Of a DNA stretch of 64,000 nt, positions 1-9,425 are shown one piece after another. Position numbers and translations under genes: made by a program. The first letter of the stretch is position 1, and every line of letters starts with the position of its first letter. This DNA is from an uncultured Alphaproteobacteria bacterium. GTDB taxonomy: Bacteria > Pseudomonadota > Alphaproteobacteria > Rhizobiales > Beijerinckiaceae. The stretch spans positions 354,849 to 418,848 of the forward strand of contig CAWFIA010000010.1 of the NCBI GenBank assembly GCA_963815815.1, given 5' to 3'. Under the pieces are notes generated by a model. The model saw nothing but the letters and a program-made list of their open reading frames with translations, was not told the origin of the DNA and ran no database searches.

Positions 1-714
1 GAAACCGCCCCAGCCCAAAGTGTAATAGGCCCAATACGAGCCCATCGCGATGCCGAGGGTTAGGCAGATCCAGGCGACGAGCGTCCATGGCCGCACGCAT
101 CGCGCGAACACCGCGTCAATGCGCCCGCAGATCAGCGCCGCCGCCGCGAAGGAATAGGTGATCGAGAGCCCGACATAGCCAAGATAAAGCAGCGGCGGAT
201 GAATCGCGAGGCCGGGATCCTGCAGCAATGGATTAAGGTCATTGCCTTCAGCGGGTGGGTTTGCGAGCCGCGCAAAGGGGTTCGAGGTCAGCAGAATAAA
301 CAGTAGGAAGGCGGCGCTGATCCAGGACTGAACGGCAAGCGTGTTGGCGCGCAGATCCTCCGGCATGTTTGTTGAAAATAGCGCGACGGCCGCGGCGAAA
401 ATGGCCAGCACCAGGACCCACAGCAGCATGGAGCCCTCGTGATTGCCCCAAACGCCGGTGATCTTGTAAATCAAGGGCTTCGCCGAATGCGAGTTCTCGA
501 CGACGTTCAAAACCGAAAAATCCGACGTCACATGGGCGTAGGTGAGCGCGAAAAACGCATAGGCGATGAAAGCGAAACTCATCAAAGCGACAGCGGGGGC
601 GACCGCCATCAGGCGTCGATCTCCCTTGACGCTTCCCCAGATCGGCAAAACTGAATTGACGAGCGCCAAGGCCAAAGCCAGGACGAGCGCATAATGGCCG
701 GTTTCGACGATCAT
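1..714 (-). CDS. ccmF: Cytochrome c heme lyase CcmF/CycK, 5' part (runs off window start; indels)
   Basis: Minus strand starts MIVETGHYALVLALAL; later segments read WGNHEGSMLLWVLVL and DLNPLLQDPGLAIHPPLLYLGYVG, typical of CcmF; lies downstream of ccmE. Confidence 0.9.
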   Translation of the reverse strand, partial: MIVETGHYALVLALALALVNSVLPIWGSVKGDRRLMAVAPAVALMSFAFIAYAFFALTYAHVTSDFSVLNVVENSHSAKPLIYKITGVWGNHEGSMLLWVLVLAIFAAAVALFSTNMPEDLRANTLAVQSWISAAFLLFILLTSNPFARLANPPAEGNDLNPLLQDPGLAIHPPLLYLGYVGLSITYSFAAAALICGRIDAVFARCVRPWTLVAWICLTLGIAMGSYWAYYTLGWGGF

Positions 715-727
715 CTCAGCCTCACGC

Positions 728-1225
728 TTATTTTACGCTCGCCGCCTGCGTGCCGTCTTGCGAGCCTCGGCTAATGGCTCCGCCTTCCCGCCAGACGCCC
801 TGTTTTTTTAGGGCGTCGGCCACCTCTCGAGGCATGTAGCGCTCGTCGTGCTTGGCGAGAATGCTGTCGGCGCGGAACAAATGGTCTGGGCCGAGAGCGC
901 CTTCGGCGACGACCCCTTGCCCTTCGCGGAAAAGATCCGGCAGCAAGCCTGTATAGGTCACCTCGACGTCCCGCTTCAAATCGGTGACGGCGAAGCGCAC
1001 CGTTTGACCGCCCTCGCGCCGCAGCGAGCCCGGTTTCACGAGGCCGCCGAGCCGAAGCCGCGCGCCGTTCGCGGTCGCCTTTTGCGCCAGCTCGCTGGGG
1101 CTATAGAAAAACACGATATTGTCGCGCAAGGCGAACATCACGAGGCCGACGGCGAGGCCGACCGCCGCAAGACCCGCCGAGATCAGAACAAGACGTCGTT
1201 GTTTGCGGGTCATGCCGCCGCTCAT
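728..1225 (-). CDS. ccmE: Heme chaperone CcmE/CycJ
   Basis: MTRKQRRL N-terminus, LPDLFREGQGVVAEG and LAKHDERYMP heme-binding motif. Confidence 0.95.
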   Translation of the reverse strand: MSGGMTRKQRRLVLISAGLAAVGLAVGLVMFALRDNIVFFYSPSELAQKATANGARLRLGGLVKPGSLRREGGQTVRFAVTDLKRDVEVTYTGLLPDLFREGQGVVAEGALGPDHLFRADSILAKHDERYMPREVADALKKQGVWREGGAISRGSQDGTQAASVK

Positions 1226-2406
1226 CCCTCAAGCCCGAGTTCGCGCGCGAGCGCGTCAATGCGGCCGGTCGCCGTCGCGTCCCCCGCCAAATTGCGTCTT
1301 GCGTCGATCAAGGCGGAACGCGCCTTGTCGGATTCGTTGAGGACGGCATAGGCGCGCACGAGGCGAAGCCAGCCCTCGACGTCCTGTCCGTTCTGCGCGA
1401 GCCGGGCGGCGAGCTTGTCGACCATGCCATGAATGGCGCGCGACTGATCCGTTCCCGACATGCCGGCGATTTTTGCGGCGAGAGCGGGATTGGCGGCGGG
1501 TCCGCTCGGCGCCGCATTCGGCTGCGACGTCTCCGGCCGACCACTTAGCGCCGCGAGGTTTTCACGCAGCGAGGGCAACCATGGCGCACCCGGCGGCGAT
1601 TGCGCGAGGAGCCTTTCCCAGATGTCCCGGGCGCGCGCCTTGTCGCCCGCTTGCGCGGCGGCGAGGCCAAGATAAAAGCGCGGACGGGGCGCCGCCGGAT
1701 CCTTGGCCGCGGCGGTCGCGAAGGCGGCTTTCGCCGCGGGCGTAACCTCGCCATTGGCGGCGGCGGCGATAGCTTCGCCGTAGAGAGCCTGGCGCTCCGG
1801 CGTGTCGCCATTGAGGCGCAAGGAGTTCGCATAGGCGGCGACGGCGTCGTCATAGCGTCCCATTCGCATATAAACCGGGGCGAGAACCTCGTATCCCCGG
1901 CCGTCTTGCGGGTTTTGCGCCAGGTGCTTTTCGATCTTCGCGATCGCGGCCAACAGATCGGTGCGCTCCGGCGATTCCTGAAGCCTTGCGGCGAGCGGGA
2001 GATCGGGCAGATTCGGATGGCCGATCAACCGATAGAGACCGAAAGCCAACCCCGGCACGAAAACGAGCGCTGCGATCGCGGCGAAACGGGCGTTGTTTCC
2101 GTTGGTTGCGGCCGATGGTTCGGCGGGCGCCTTCGCGACGGCGAGCAGCCGGCGCGCAGCCTCGGCCTTGGCGCCCTCGATGTCGGCCGAGCCGACAAGC
2201 CCATCCGCCGCGTCGCGGTCGATCTCGGCGATCTGCGACTTATAAAAGGCGACGTCGATCGCGCTTCGGGACACGCCGCGCGGCGTTCGTGTAAGCGGCC
2301 AAACGACGCTTACCACCGCAGCGCCCGTCAAAAGTGCAAAAACAACCCATAACATAGGCGCCTTCATAGTCATTGGCGCGGCCCTTGCAAAGGATCTTTC
2401 GCTCAC
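1222..2406 (-). CDS. ccmI: Cytochrome c biogenesis protein CcmI/CycH (TPR)
   Basis: N-terminal TM, YKSQIAEIDRD motif, TPR repeats, GWLRLVRAY C-terminal motif; operonic with ccmE-ccmF. Confidence 0.9.
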   Translation of the reverse strand: MSERSFARAAPMTMKAPMLWVVFALLTGAAVVSVVWPLTRTPRGVSRSAIDVAFYKSQIAEIDRDAADGLVGSADIEGAKAEAARRLLAVAKAPAEPSAATNGNNARFAAIAALVFVPGLAFGLYRLIGHPNLPDLPLAARLQESPERTDLLAAIAKIEKHLAQNPQDGRGYEVLAPVYMRMGRYDDAVAAYANSLRLNGDTPERQALYGEAIAAAANGEVTPAAKAAFATAAAKDPAAPRPRFYLGLAAAQAGDKARARDIWERLLAQSPPGAPWLPSLRENLAALSGRPETSQPNAAPSGPAANPALAAKIAGMSGTDQSRAIHGMVDKLAARLAQNGQDVEGWLRLVRAYAVLNESDKARSALIDARRNLAGDATATGRIDALARELGLEG

Positions 2407-3827
2407 GAACGCGTTGAAGACGGCGCGTTCGGCGTCGCAGGCAGGCGCAGTTCGGCGCGAAGCCCCCCGGCGGGACTAGCGTCGAGATTCAAACCGCCGC
2501 CGTACATCGACGCAAGGTCGACGACGATCGACAGGCCAAGGCCAGATCCCGGCTTCGTTTCATCAAGGCGTCGGCCGCGCGCGAGGGCGGCCTCGCGTAG
2601 CTGCGTCGCAAGTCCTGGTCCATCATCGTCGATGACGACGCGAAAGAAAGAGCGTTCGGCTTCGGGTTCGCGCGCTTCCGGACGGATGGCTATGGCGACG
2701 CGGCTTTTCGCCCATTTGCCCGCATTGTCGACGAGATTGCCGATCATTTCCTCAAGGTCTTGACGCTCGCCGAGGAAGCGGATCGGCTGTGGCATGTCGA
2801 GCGTGAAGCCGATCGCGCGCTCCGCATAGATTTTTTCGAAGGCGCCAATAAAGGAATCGGCGACGGGTTTCACATCGGTCGCGCTCACGACCGTTCCCGC
2901 TCGAACCGCCGCTCTGGCGCGATCGAGATAATAGGCGAGCTGATCGCGCATAATCGTCGTCTGCTCCTGCACCTTGCTGGCGAGCGGGCCTGGCTCCATA
3001 GCGGCTTCATTGATGATGACGCTAAGCGGCGTTTTCAGAGCATGAGCGAGATTGCCGACCTGCGTGCGCGCGCGTTCGACCACCGCGCGATTGGCGCCGA
3101 TCAGAAGATTGAGTTCGCTGGCGAGCGGCGCGATGTCCGGCGAAAACGCGCCGGCGATCGATTCGCGCTCGCCGCGGCGGATCGCGGCCACACCTTCACG
3201 CAATTGGCGTAACGGCGCGAGGCCATAGCGCAGCTGTAATGCAGACGAAACGACGAGGGCGAGCGCCAGAACCGAGAAAGTGGCGACGAGGTCAGCTTCA
3301 AACCGATGGATCGCCCTCTCGATCTCCTCCGTGGGCGCAGCCACCTGAACAAGATAAACCCCCTCATCGCCGGCGTCGATGATCCGCTCGACGATGCGCA
3401 GGCGCCGGTCGTCGGGTCCCGTGGCGTAGCCCTGACGGGCGCCGCCCGGGCCGACCGGAACGCCGGATTCCGACAATCTCGGGAGTTGCGCGGCGAACAG
3501 CGATCGAGAACTCCTGATCCGGGGCTTTTTGGTATCCAGCCGGGTGATCTGCCAATACCAGCCGGACAAAGGCAATGCGAACTGGGGGTCGCTCAATTCA
3601 TCGGGACTGATCAGGCCGCTTTGTCCAGGCGTTGCGATGTCGGTGATGAGCGCCCTCAAATATACATTGAGGCGCTCATCAAAATTGCTTTCCGCCGCCC
3701 GCTGGTAGACCGTCGAGAGAATTAGGCCGGCGATCAGGAGAATGGCGAAGCTCAGTACCGCGGCCGACAGGAATAACCGCTGGGCGATCGAGGCCTTTCT
3801 CGGCGTGATCATCATCGCGTCGTCCAC
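2403..3827 (-). CDS. Sensor histidine kinase (PhoQ/QseC-like)
   Basis: H-box GNLAHALKTPL, N-box GNLVDNAGKWA, DDDGPG, GSGLGL; two TMs. Confidence 0.92.
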   Translation of the reverse strand: MDDAMMITPRKASIAQRLFLSAAVLSFAILLIAGLILSTVYQRAAESNFDERLNVYLRALITDIATPGQSGLISPDELSDPQFALPLSGWYWQITRLDTKKPRIRSSRSLFAAQLPRLSESGVPVGPGGARQGYATGPDDRRLRIVERIIDAGDEGVYLVQVAAPTEEIERAIHRFEADLVATFSVLALALVVSSALQLRYGLAPLRQLREGVAAIRRGERESIAGAFSPDIAPLASELNLLIGANRAVVERARTQVGNLAHALKTPLSVIINEAAMEPGPLASKVQEQTTIMRDQLAYYLDRARAAVRAGTVVSATDVKPVADSFIGAFEKIYAERAIGFTLDMPQPIRFLGERQDLEEMIGNLVDNAGKWAKSRVAIAIRPEAREPEAERSFFRVVIDDDGPGLATQLREAALARGRRLDETKPGSGLGLSIVVDLASMYGGGLNLDASPAGGLRAELRLPATPNAPSSTRS

Positions 3828-3875
3828 GTGCGAGCATTCGCCCGCTCTTTCTCCAATCCTTCCCGGTCGCCGCCA

Positions 3876-4589
3876 TCAGCGGCTTGCAGGGGGGTTGGAG
3901 TGGCCGGCGGCCGCACCTTCGCCATTGGCGTTGGGCGGGGACAGCATATAGCCGAGCCCGCGCACTGTCTGGATCACGTCGACGGCGAGCTTCTTTCGCA
4001 GCCGTCCGACAAAGACCTCGATCGTATTCGAATCGCGGTCGAAATCCTGATCATAAAGATGTTCAACGATTTCGGCGCGCGAAATCACTTTGCCCTGGTG
4101 ATGCATCAAATAAGAGAGCAGCCGGTATTCATGGGAGGTGAGTTTCACAGGAACGTCGCTGACGCAAACGCGCCCGGCGCGTTCGTCAAGACTGATAGGC
4201 CCGCAGGAAAACACGCTCGACGCATGACCGGCGGCGCGGCGCATCAGCGCGCGAAGCCGGGCCAAGAGCTCCTCGATATGGAAAGGCTTCGTCACATAAT
4301 CATCCGCGCCGGCGTCAAACCCCTGGACCTTTTCGCCCCAGCGATCGCGCGCGGTCAGGATAAGAACGGGCATGGCGCGACCGGCTTTTCGCCATTCGGT
4401 AAGCGCCAAAACGCCATCTTTCTTGGGCAAGCCGAGATCGAGGACGATCGCGTCATACGGCTCTGTGTCGCCCAGAAACCAGCCTTCCTCGCCGTCGAAG
4501 GCGTGGTCGACGACATAGCCCGCGCGCTCAAGCGCGGCGACGATCTGGCGGTTAAGGTCCTTGTCATCCTCGACGACGAGCAGGCGCAT
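3876..4589 (-). CDS. OmpR/PhoP-family response regulator
   Basis: MRLLVVEDD, LDLGLP, GADDYVTKPF, C-terminal TVRGLGY winged helix. Confidence 0.95.
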   Translation of the reverse strand: MRLLVVEDDKDLNRQIVAALERAGYVVDHAFDGEEGWFLGDTEPYDAIVLDLGLPKKDGVLALTEWRKAGRAMPVLILTARDRWGEKVQGFDAGADDYVTKPFHIEELLARLRALMRRAAGHASSVFSCGPISLDERAGRVCVSDVPVKLTSHEYRLLSYLMHHQGKVISRAEIVEHLYDQDFDRDSNTIEVFVGRLRKKLAVDVIQTVRGLGYMLSPPNANGEGAAAGHSNPPASR

Positions 4590-4705
4590 GCAGAATTCCC
4601 GCCGATTTACTGGCTGGCGCTTCGCCGCAAAGACGCGGCATGCATCTTCTATGGCTTGATTTGATCTTTGAAGCGATCTGAAAAGAGGGTGTATCGATCA
4701 CACTG

Positions 4706-5065
4706 CTAATCTTCGTGCTCTTTCATTGCTTTTTTTGACTCGATGAGCTGTCCGGTCTTGGCGTCGAAAAGGCTCCGAACAATCCTCCCGTCGCGACGCA
4801 GCAGATTGATTTCATAAACGAAATTATTATCGTCGCGGCGGCACAGTTTCGCGGCGAGCGCCTCCGCCTGGAAACGCGCTGCTGCCTTCTGCATGGTGCG
4901 AAAGGGTTCGGACAATCCGTGGGCGGCGATCTTGTCGCGTGTTTCCGCGGTTGAATAACACTCCAACTGCTGCGCCGGTTGCGCCTCCGCGCCGACGCAA
5001 AACGAGCTGCCGGCCACAAGCCCGGCGCAGATGACGGCCAGCGAAAAAAAGGTGAGGATGGACAT
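4706..5065 (-). CDS. Secreted PepSY-domain protein
   Basis: Signal peptide and LC...VYEINLLRRDGRI...FDAKTGQ PepSY pattern; precedes the two-component pair. Confidence 0.7.
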   Translation of the reverse strand: MSILTFFSLAVICAGLVAGSSFCVGAEAQPAQQLECYSTAETRDKIAAHGLSEPFRTMQKAAARFQAEALAAKLCRRDDNNFVYEINLLRRDGRIVRSLFDAKTGQLIESKKAMKEHED

Positions 5066-5278
5066 AGCCTAAATCTGCCAAAGCGAGACTGAACGATGAA
5101 TGAATAGCGGCCGGCCTTAGCCTCTTTATAGTCGCGATGTTCCGCCGTCGACAGCCGCTTGCCTCTTGCTTTGCCAGCGATCTCGTCGGCAGACGCGCAA
5201 CGCTCCAAAACTCGCGCCTTATGTCGTTATTGTTCTGGAGCGAAGCGACGCAACGGTGGATCTTGCAGAGGGACGACC

Positions 5279-6136
5279 ATGACGGCAGGTTACTTGTCAA
5301 ATTTTTTCGTTTCGACGGATTGGCTCGCCGAGCGGCTCGGCGCGCCGAATCTCGCGATCGTCGACGCTAGTTTCTTCATGCCAGCGGAAAATCGCGACGC
5401 TAAAGCAGACTATCTAGCGGGACACATCCCGGGGGCGGTTTTTTTCGACATCGACGCCATCGCCGACCATGCGACCGCGCTGCCACATATGTTGCCTTCG
5501 GCAGACGATTTCGCAGCGGCAGCAGGCAAGCTAGGTCTTGGCGAGAATATGCACATCGTCGTCTATGATGCGTCAGGCTTGGTCGGCGCCGCTCGGGTTT
5601 GGTGGACGTTGCGTCTCTTTGGCGCCAAGAATGTCACGCTTCTGGAAGGCGGCCTGCCGCAATGGCGTAAGGAGGAACGCACTCTTGAGACAGGCTGGAA
5701 GGAGCCGGAGCCGAGGGTTTTCACGCCCCAGTTCAATCATTCTGGGGTCGCGGCTGCGCCTGACGTCCTCAAAGCCAGCGAAGCGGGGTCGGCGCAGATC
5801 GTCGACGCACGCAGCGCCGCGCGTTTCACCGGCGAGGCGCCCGAACCGCGCCCCGGGTTGCGCTCGGGTCATATTCCGAACAGCTTGAACGTGCCGTGGA
5901 ACAAGGTCGCGCAGGATGGCAAAATCAAGTCCGCCGGCGAGGTTAGAATCGCCTTCGCCGAGGCTGGCGTCGATCTCGAGCGGCCTGTCATTACGACTTG
6001 CGGCTCGGGCGTCACGGCCGCGATCCTGTTGCTCGCCTTCGAGACCATCGGCAAGAGCGACGTCGTCCTTTACGATGGATCCTGGAGCGAATGGGGCGGC
6101 CGACCGGAGTTTCCTGTCGCCGTCGGCAAAGCCTGA
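5279..6136 (+). CDS. sseA: 3-mercaptopyruvate sulfurtransferase (rhodanese)
   Basis: FVSTDWLAERL, GHIPGAVFFDID, active site CGSGVTA, LYDGSWSEWG. Confidence 0.93.
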   Translation: MTAGYLSNFFVSTDWLAERLGAPNLAIVDASFFMPAENRDAKADYLAGHIPGAVFFDIDAIADHATALPHMLPSADDFAAAAGKLGLGENMHIVVYDASGLVGAARVWWTLRLFGAKNVTLLEGGLPQWRKEERTLETGWKEPEPRVFTPQFNHSGVAAAPDVLKASEAGSAQIVDARSAARFTGEAPEPRPGLRSGHIPNSLNVPWNKVAQDGKIKSAGEVRIAFAEAGVDLERPVITTCGSGVTAAILLLAFETIGKSDVVLYDGSWSEWGGRPEFPVAVGKA

Positions 6137-6239
6137 GGATAACGCTCTAGCGGAGCCGCCGGGCGACCGGCAGCGGATCAAAAATTGCCGTAGTCTTGCG
6201 TTGGCGGCGTTGAAATCGCAACCGTGAAGGCAAAAGAGC

Positions 6240-6268
6240 TTGACGGCTCAAAAGGCTGAGGCTATCAT
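6240..6268 (+). promoter_or_regulatory. Sigma70-type promoter
   Basis: TTGACG-17 bp-TATCAT, near consensus, about 280 nt upstream of the ORF at 6549. Confidence 0.6.
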
Positions 6269-6548
6269 CAAGTTAAGCCCGACTCGTTTGAACCCTAAAG
6301 GGGTCTCTCGCGTTCGTAGCGTTAAGTGGAGCGTCCGGCGACCGCCGGATGTGGCTTTGACCGACGCAGGCACGCGCCCGCGTTTTTCAGGATCGAGCCA
6401 GCTGGCCCGGAGAGGCTTCCACATTCCCCTCCCTTTGGGGGGCTGCAGTCTTCATAGCATGATGCTTCGACTCGCCCCATCCGTGGGGTGAGAGAGCTTC
6501 CGCGTGGAAGGGGAACATCCGCATCTCGAGACATTTTGGAGTGAGCAC

Positions 6549-6938
6549 ATGTGTGATTATTCGCTTGAAATGTATGCTTCCCGGCCTGCCCGCGAGTCCG
6601 AGAAATATGTCACCACGCGCTTCCCGTCGGGAAGCATTGGCCTTGCCGCGCCCGGCGATTGCACGACCGCCGTCTGCGTCCAATATGACACGCACCTCAA
6701 TCTTGAAGGGATTTCGAGCGATCTGCAGACCCGCCTCGGCGTCCAACCGTCAGAGCATGTGGTCTTCGCCCGACTCGAGCATGGCGCTTATCGCGACGGC
6801 GTGAAATTCGGCAACGGCAAGGAAATCTCGCTGCAGCTTCTCGGCTCCGGCGTCGGCGTTACTTTGGTCGATACGCGCGCCGCGCCGAAAACAGAAGCGC
6901 CCGCGAAAGCCGAAGAGGTTCTGGAGCCAGCCGAATAA
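6549..6938 (+). CDS. Conserved hypothetical protein (MCDYSL-type small alphaproteobacterial protein)
   Basis: GGAG RBS, MCDYSLEMYASRPA start, followed by a terminator. Confidence 0.7.
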   Translation: MCDYSLEMYASRPARESEKYVTTRFPSGSIGLAAPGDCTTAVCVQYDTHLNLEGISSDLQTRLGVQPSEHVVFARLEHGAYRDGVKFGNGKEISLQLLGSGVGVTLVDTRAAPKTEAPAKAEEVLEPAE

Positions 6939-6960
6939 AGTAGGCTGCTTTTTTTAAATT

Positions 6961-6993
6961 GACCCGCTCCGCCACCCGTCGGAGCGGGTTTTT
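6961..6993 (+). terminator. Rho-independent terminator
   Basis: acccgctccg-ccacccgt-cggagcgggt followed by a T run. Confidence 0.8.
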
Positions 6994-7207
6994 CGTACGC
7001 CCGTTCAGCAGATTTTTTCGCGCAAATCGCTTAAATTCTGAGCATGGATGCGGTTTTTTGAGGCCGCGCGGCCCTAAATCGCTTTACCCCAATTCGGGCG
7101 CGATTTTGAGCCCTCCCGGCCGCTCCGCGGAGCTGAAACGCCCGTCATCGAGCGTTGCGGCGCCGGTCTAGCCGGTTAATTGCTACTTGGCTTTTTGCCT
7201 CTTTTTT

Positions 7208-7223
7208 TGGCCCGGCTATTGCT
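7208..7223 (+). promoter_or_regulatory. Sigma54 (RpoN) -24/-12 promoter of glnB-glnA
   Basis: TGGCCCGGCTATTGCT (GG-N10-GC) upstream of glnB, as known for rhizobial glnBA. Confidence 0.7.
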
Positions 7224-7343
7224 TTATCCAAAAAAGCTGCTCACAAAGCGCCGAAATGGCGTTTCAACCGGCCATTTCATCGACGAAAGTAGCATTTTCG
7301 CCTCGCAGCTGGTAACCGCCCGTTCGTTCCCTCCCTGAGTTGA

Positions 7344-7709
<366 letters not shown>

Positions 7710-7787
7710 CGTCCAAGCTTCACTTTGACAGACGCCTCCGAGCCTTCAAAAACACCTTCCGCTTCAATCAGATTGAGAGGTTTTGAA

Positions 7788-9203
7788 ATGACGAAGACCG
7801 CCCAAAGCGTGCTCAAGGAAATCAAGGACAATGACGTAAAATACGTCGATTTCCGTTTCACGGATCCGCGCGGCAAATGGCAGCATGTCACTTTCGACAT
7901 CACTCTGATCGATCAAGACACCTTCGCCGAAGGCGTCATGTTCGACGGATCCTCGATTGCGGGTTGGAAAGCGATCAATGAATCCGACATGCTTCTGATG
8001 CCGGATCCTTCCAGCGCCTCGATGGATCCGTTCTTCGCGGCGCCCGACAATGGTGATCGTCTGCGACGTTCTTGAGCCGACCAGCGGCGAACCCTACAGC
8101 CGCGATCCGCGTGGAATCGCCAAAAAGGCGGAGGCGTTCATGGCAGTCGCTCCGGCGTCGGCGATGCGGTCTACTTTGGTCCGGAAGCCGAATTTTTCGT
8201 GTTCGACGACGTCCGCTTCCGCGCCGACCCTTACAATACCGGCTTCGTCCTCGATTCGGCCGAACTGCCCGCCAATTCGGACACGCCTTATGAGGGTGGC
8301 AATCTCGGCCACCGCATCCGCACCAAGGGTGGTTATTTCCCGGTGCCGCCGCAGGACTCGGCGCAGGACATGCGCGGCGAAATGCTCGCCGCCATGGCCG
8401 CGATGGGCGCGAAGGTCGAAAAGCATCACCACGAAGTGGCCTCGGCCCAGCACGAACTCGGCCTGAAGTTCGGACCGCTGACCACGATGGCGGACCATCT
8501 GCAGATCTATAAATATTGCATCCATCAGGTCGCGCAGAGCTATGGCAAGACGGCGACCTTCATGCCGAAGCCGATCTTCGGCGACAACGGTTCCGGCATG
8601 CATGTCCATCAGTCGATCTGGAAAGGCGGCAAGCCCGTATTCGCCGGCGACAAATACGCCGACCTCAGCCAGGAATGCCTCTATTATATCGGCGGCATCA
8701 TCCGCCACGCCCGCGCGTTGAACGCCTTCACCAATCCCTCGACCAATTCCTACAAGCGCCTGGTTCCCGGCTATGAAGCGCCGGTTCTGCTCGCCTATTC
8801 GGCGCGCAACCGCTCGGCCTCCTGCCGCATCCCGACTACCTCGAATCCAAAGGCCAAGCGCGTCGAGGTGCGATTCCCCGATCCGATGGCCAATCCCTAT
8901 CTCGCCTTCTCGGCCATGCTGATGGCGGGCCTCGACGGCATCGCCAACAAGATCGATCCGGGTCTCGCGATGGACAAGGACCTTTACGATCTGCCGCCGA
9001 AGGAGCTGAAGAAGATCCCGACCGTCTGCGGTTCGCTGCGCGATGCGCTCGCCAATCTCGACAAGGACCGCGCCTTCCTCAAGGCCGGCGGCGTCTTCGA
9101 CAACGATTTCATCGATAGCTACATCGACCTGAAGATGATCGACGTGATGCGTTTCGAAATGACGCCGCATCCCGTCGAATTCGATATGTACTATTCCTAC
9201 TGA
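7788..9203 (+). CDS. glnA: Glutamine synthetase type I (indels near 8045 and 8150)
   Basis: [67 protein letters not shown]. Confidence 0.95.
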
Positions 9204-9228
9204 AGCTTGTTTTTCAGGAGTGATTCGG

Positions 9229-9253
9229 GGCGGCCCTTCGGGCCGCCTTTTTG
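9229..9253 (+). terminator. Rho-independent terminator after glnA
   Basis: ggcggcc-cttcg-ggccgcc followed by a T run. Confidence 0.8.
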
Positions 9254-9425
9254 CATTAAGGCCATCACATTTTTCGCGTACGCGTCACAACGCAATGGCG
9301 TCTTCCCAAAGGCCAGCCTTTTCTGAGCACTTTGCGCTATCCCCTTAAAATTGTTTCTGTTCTGTTCAATTTTTGCGGTCATCATGGCATTAAAGAGCTC
9401 TTGAAGTTGAGGTACAGGCTCATTC

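Noticed and set aside
8094-9170. Long antisense ORFs (also 3828-4664, 10509-11453, 27734-28762, 60080-61027)
   Set aside because: Shadow ORFs opposite well-supported genes, typical of high-GC codon bias
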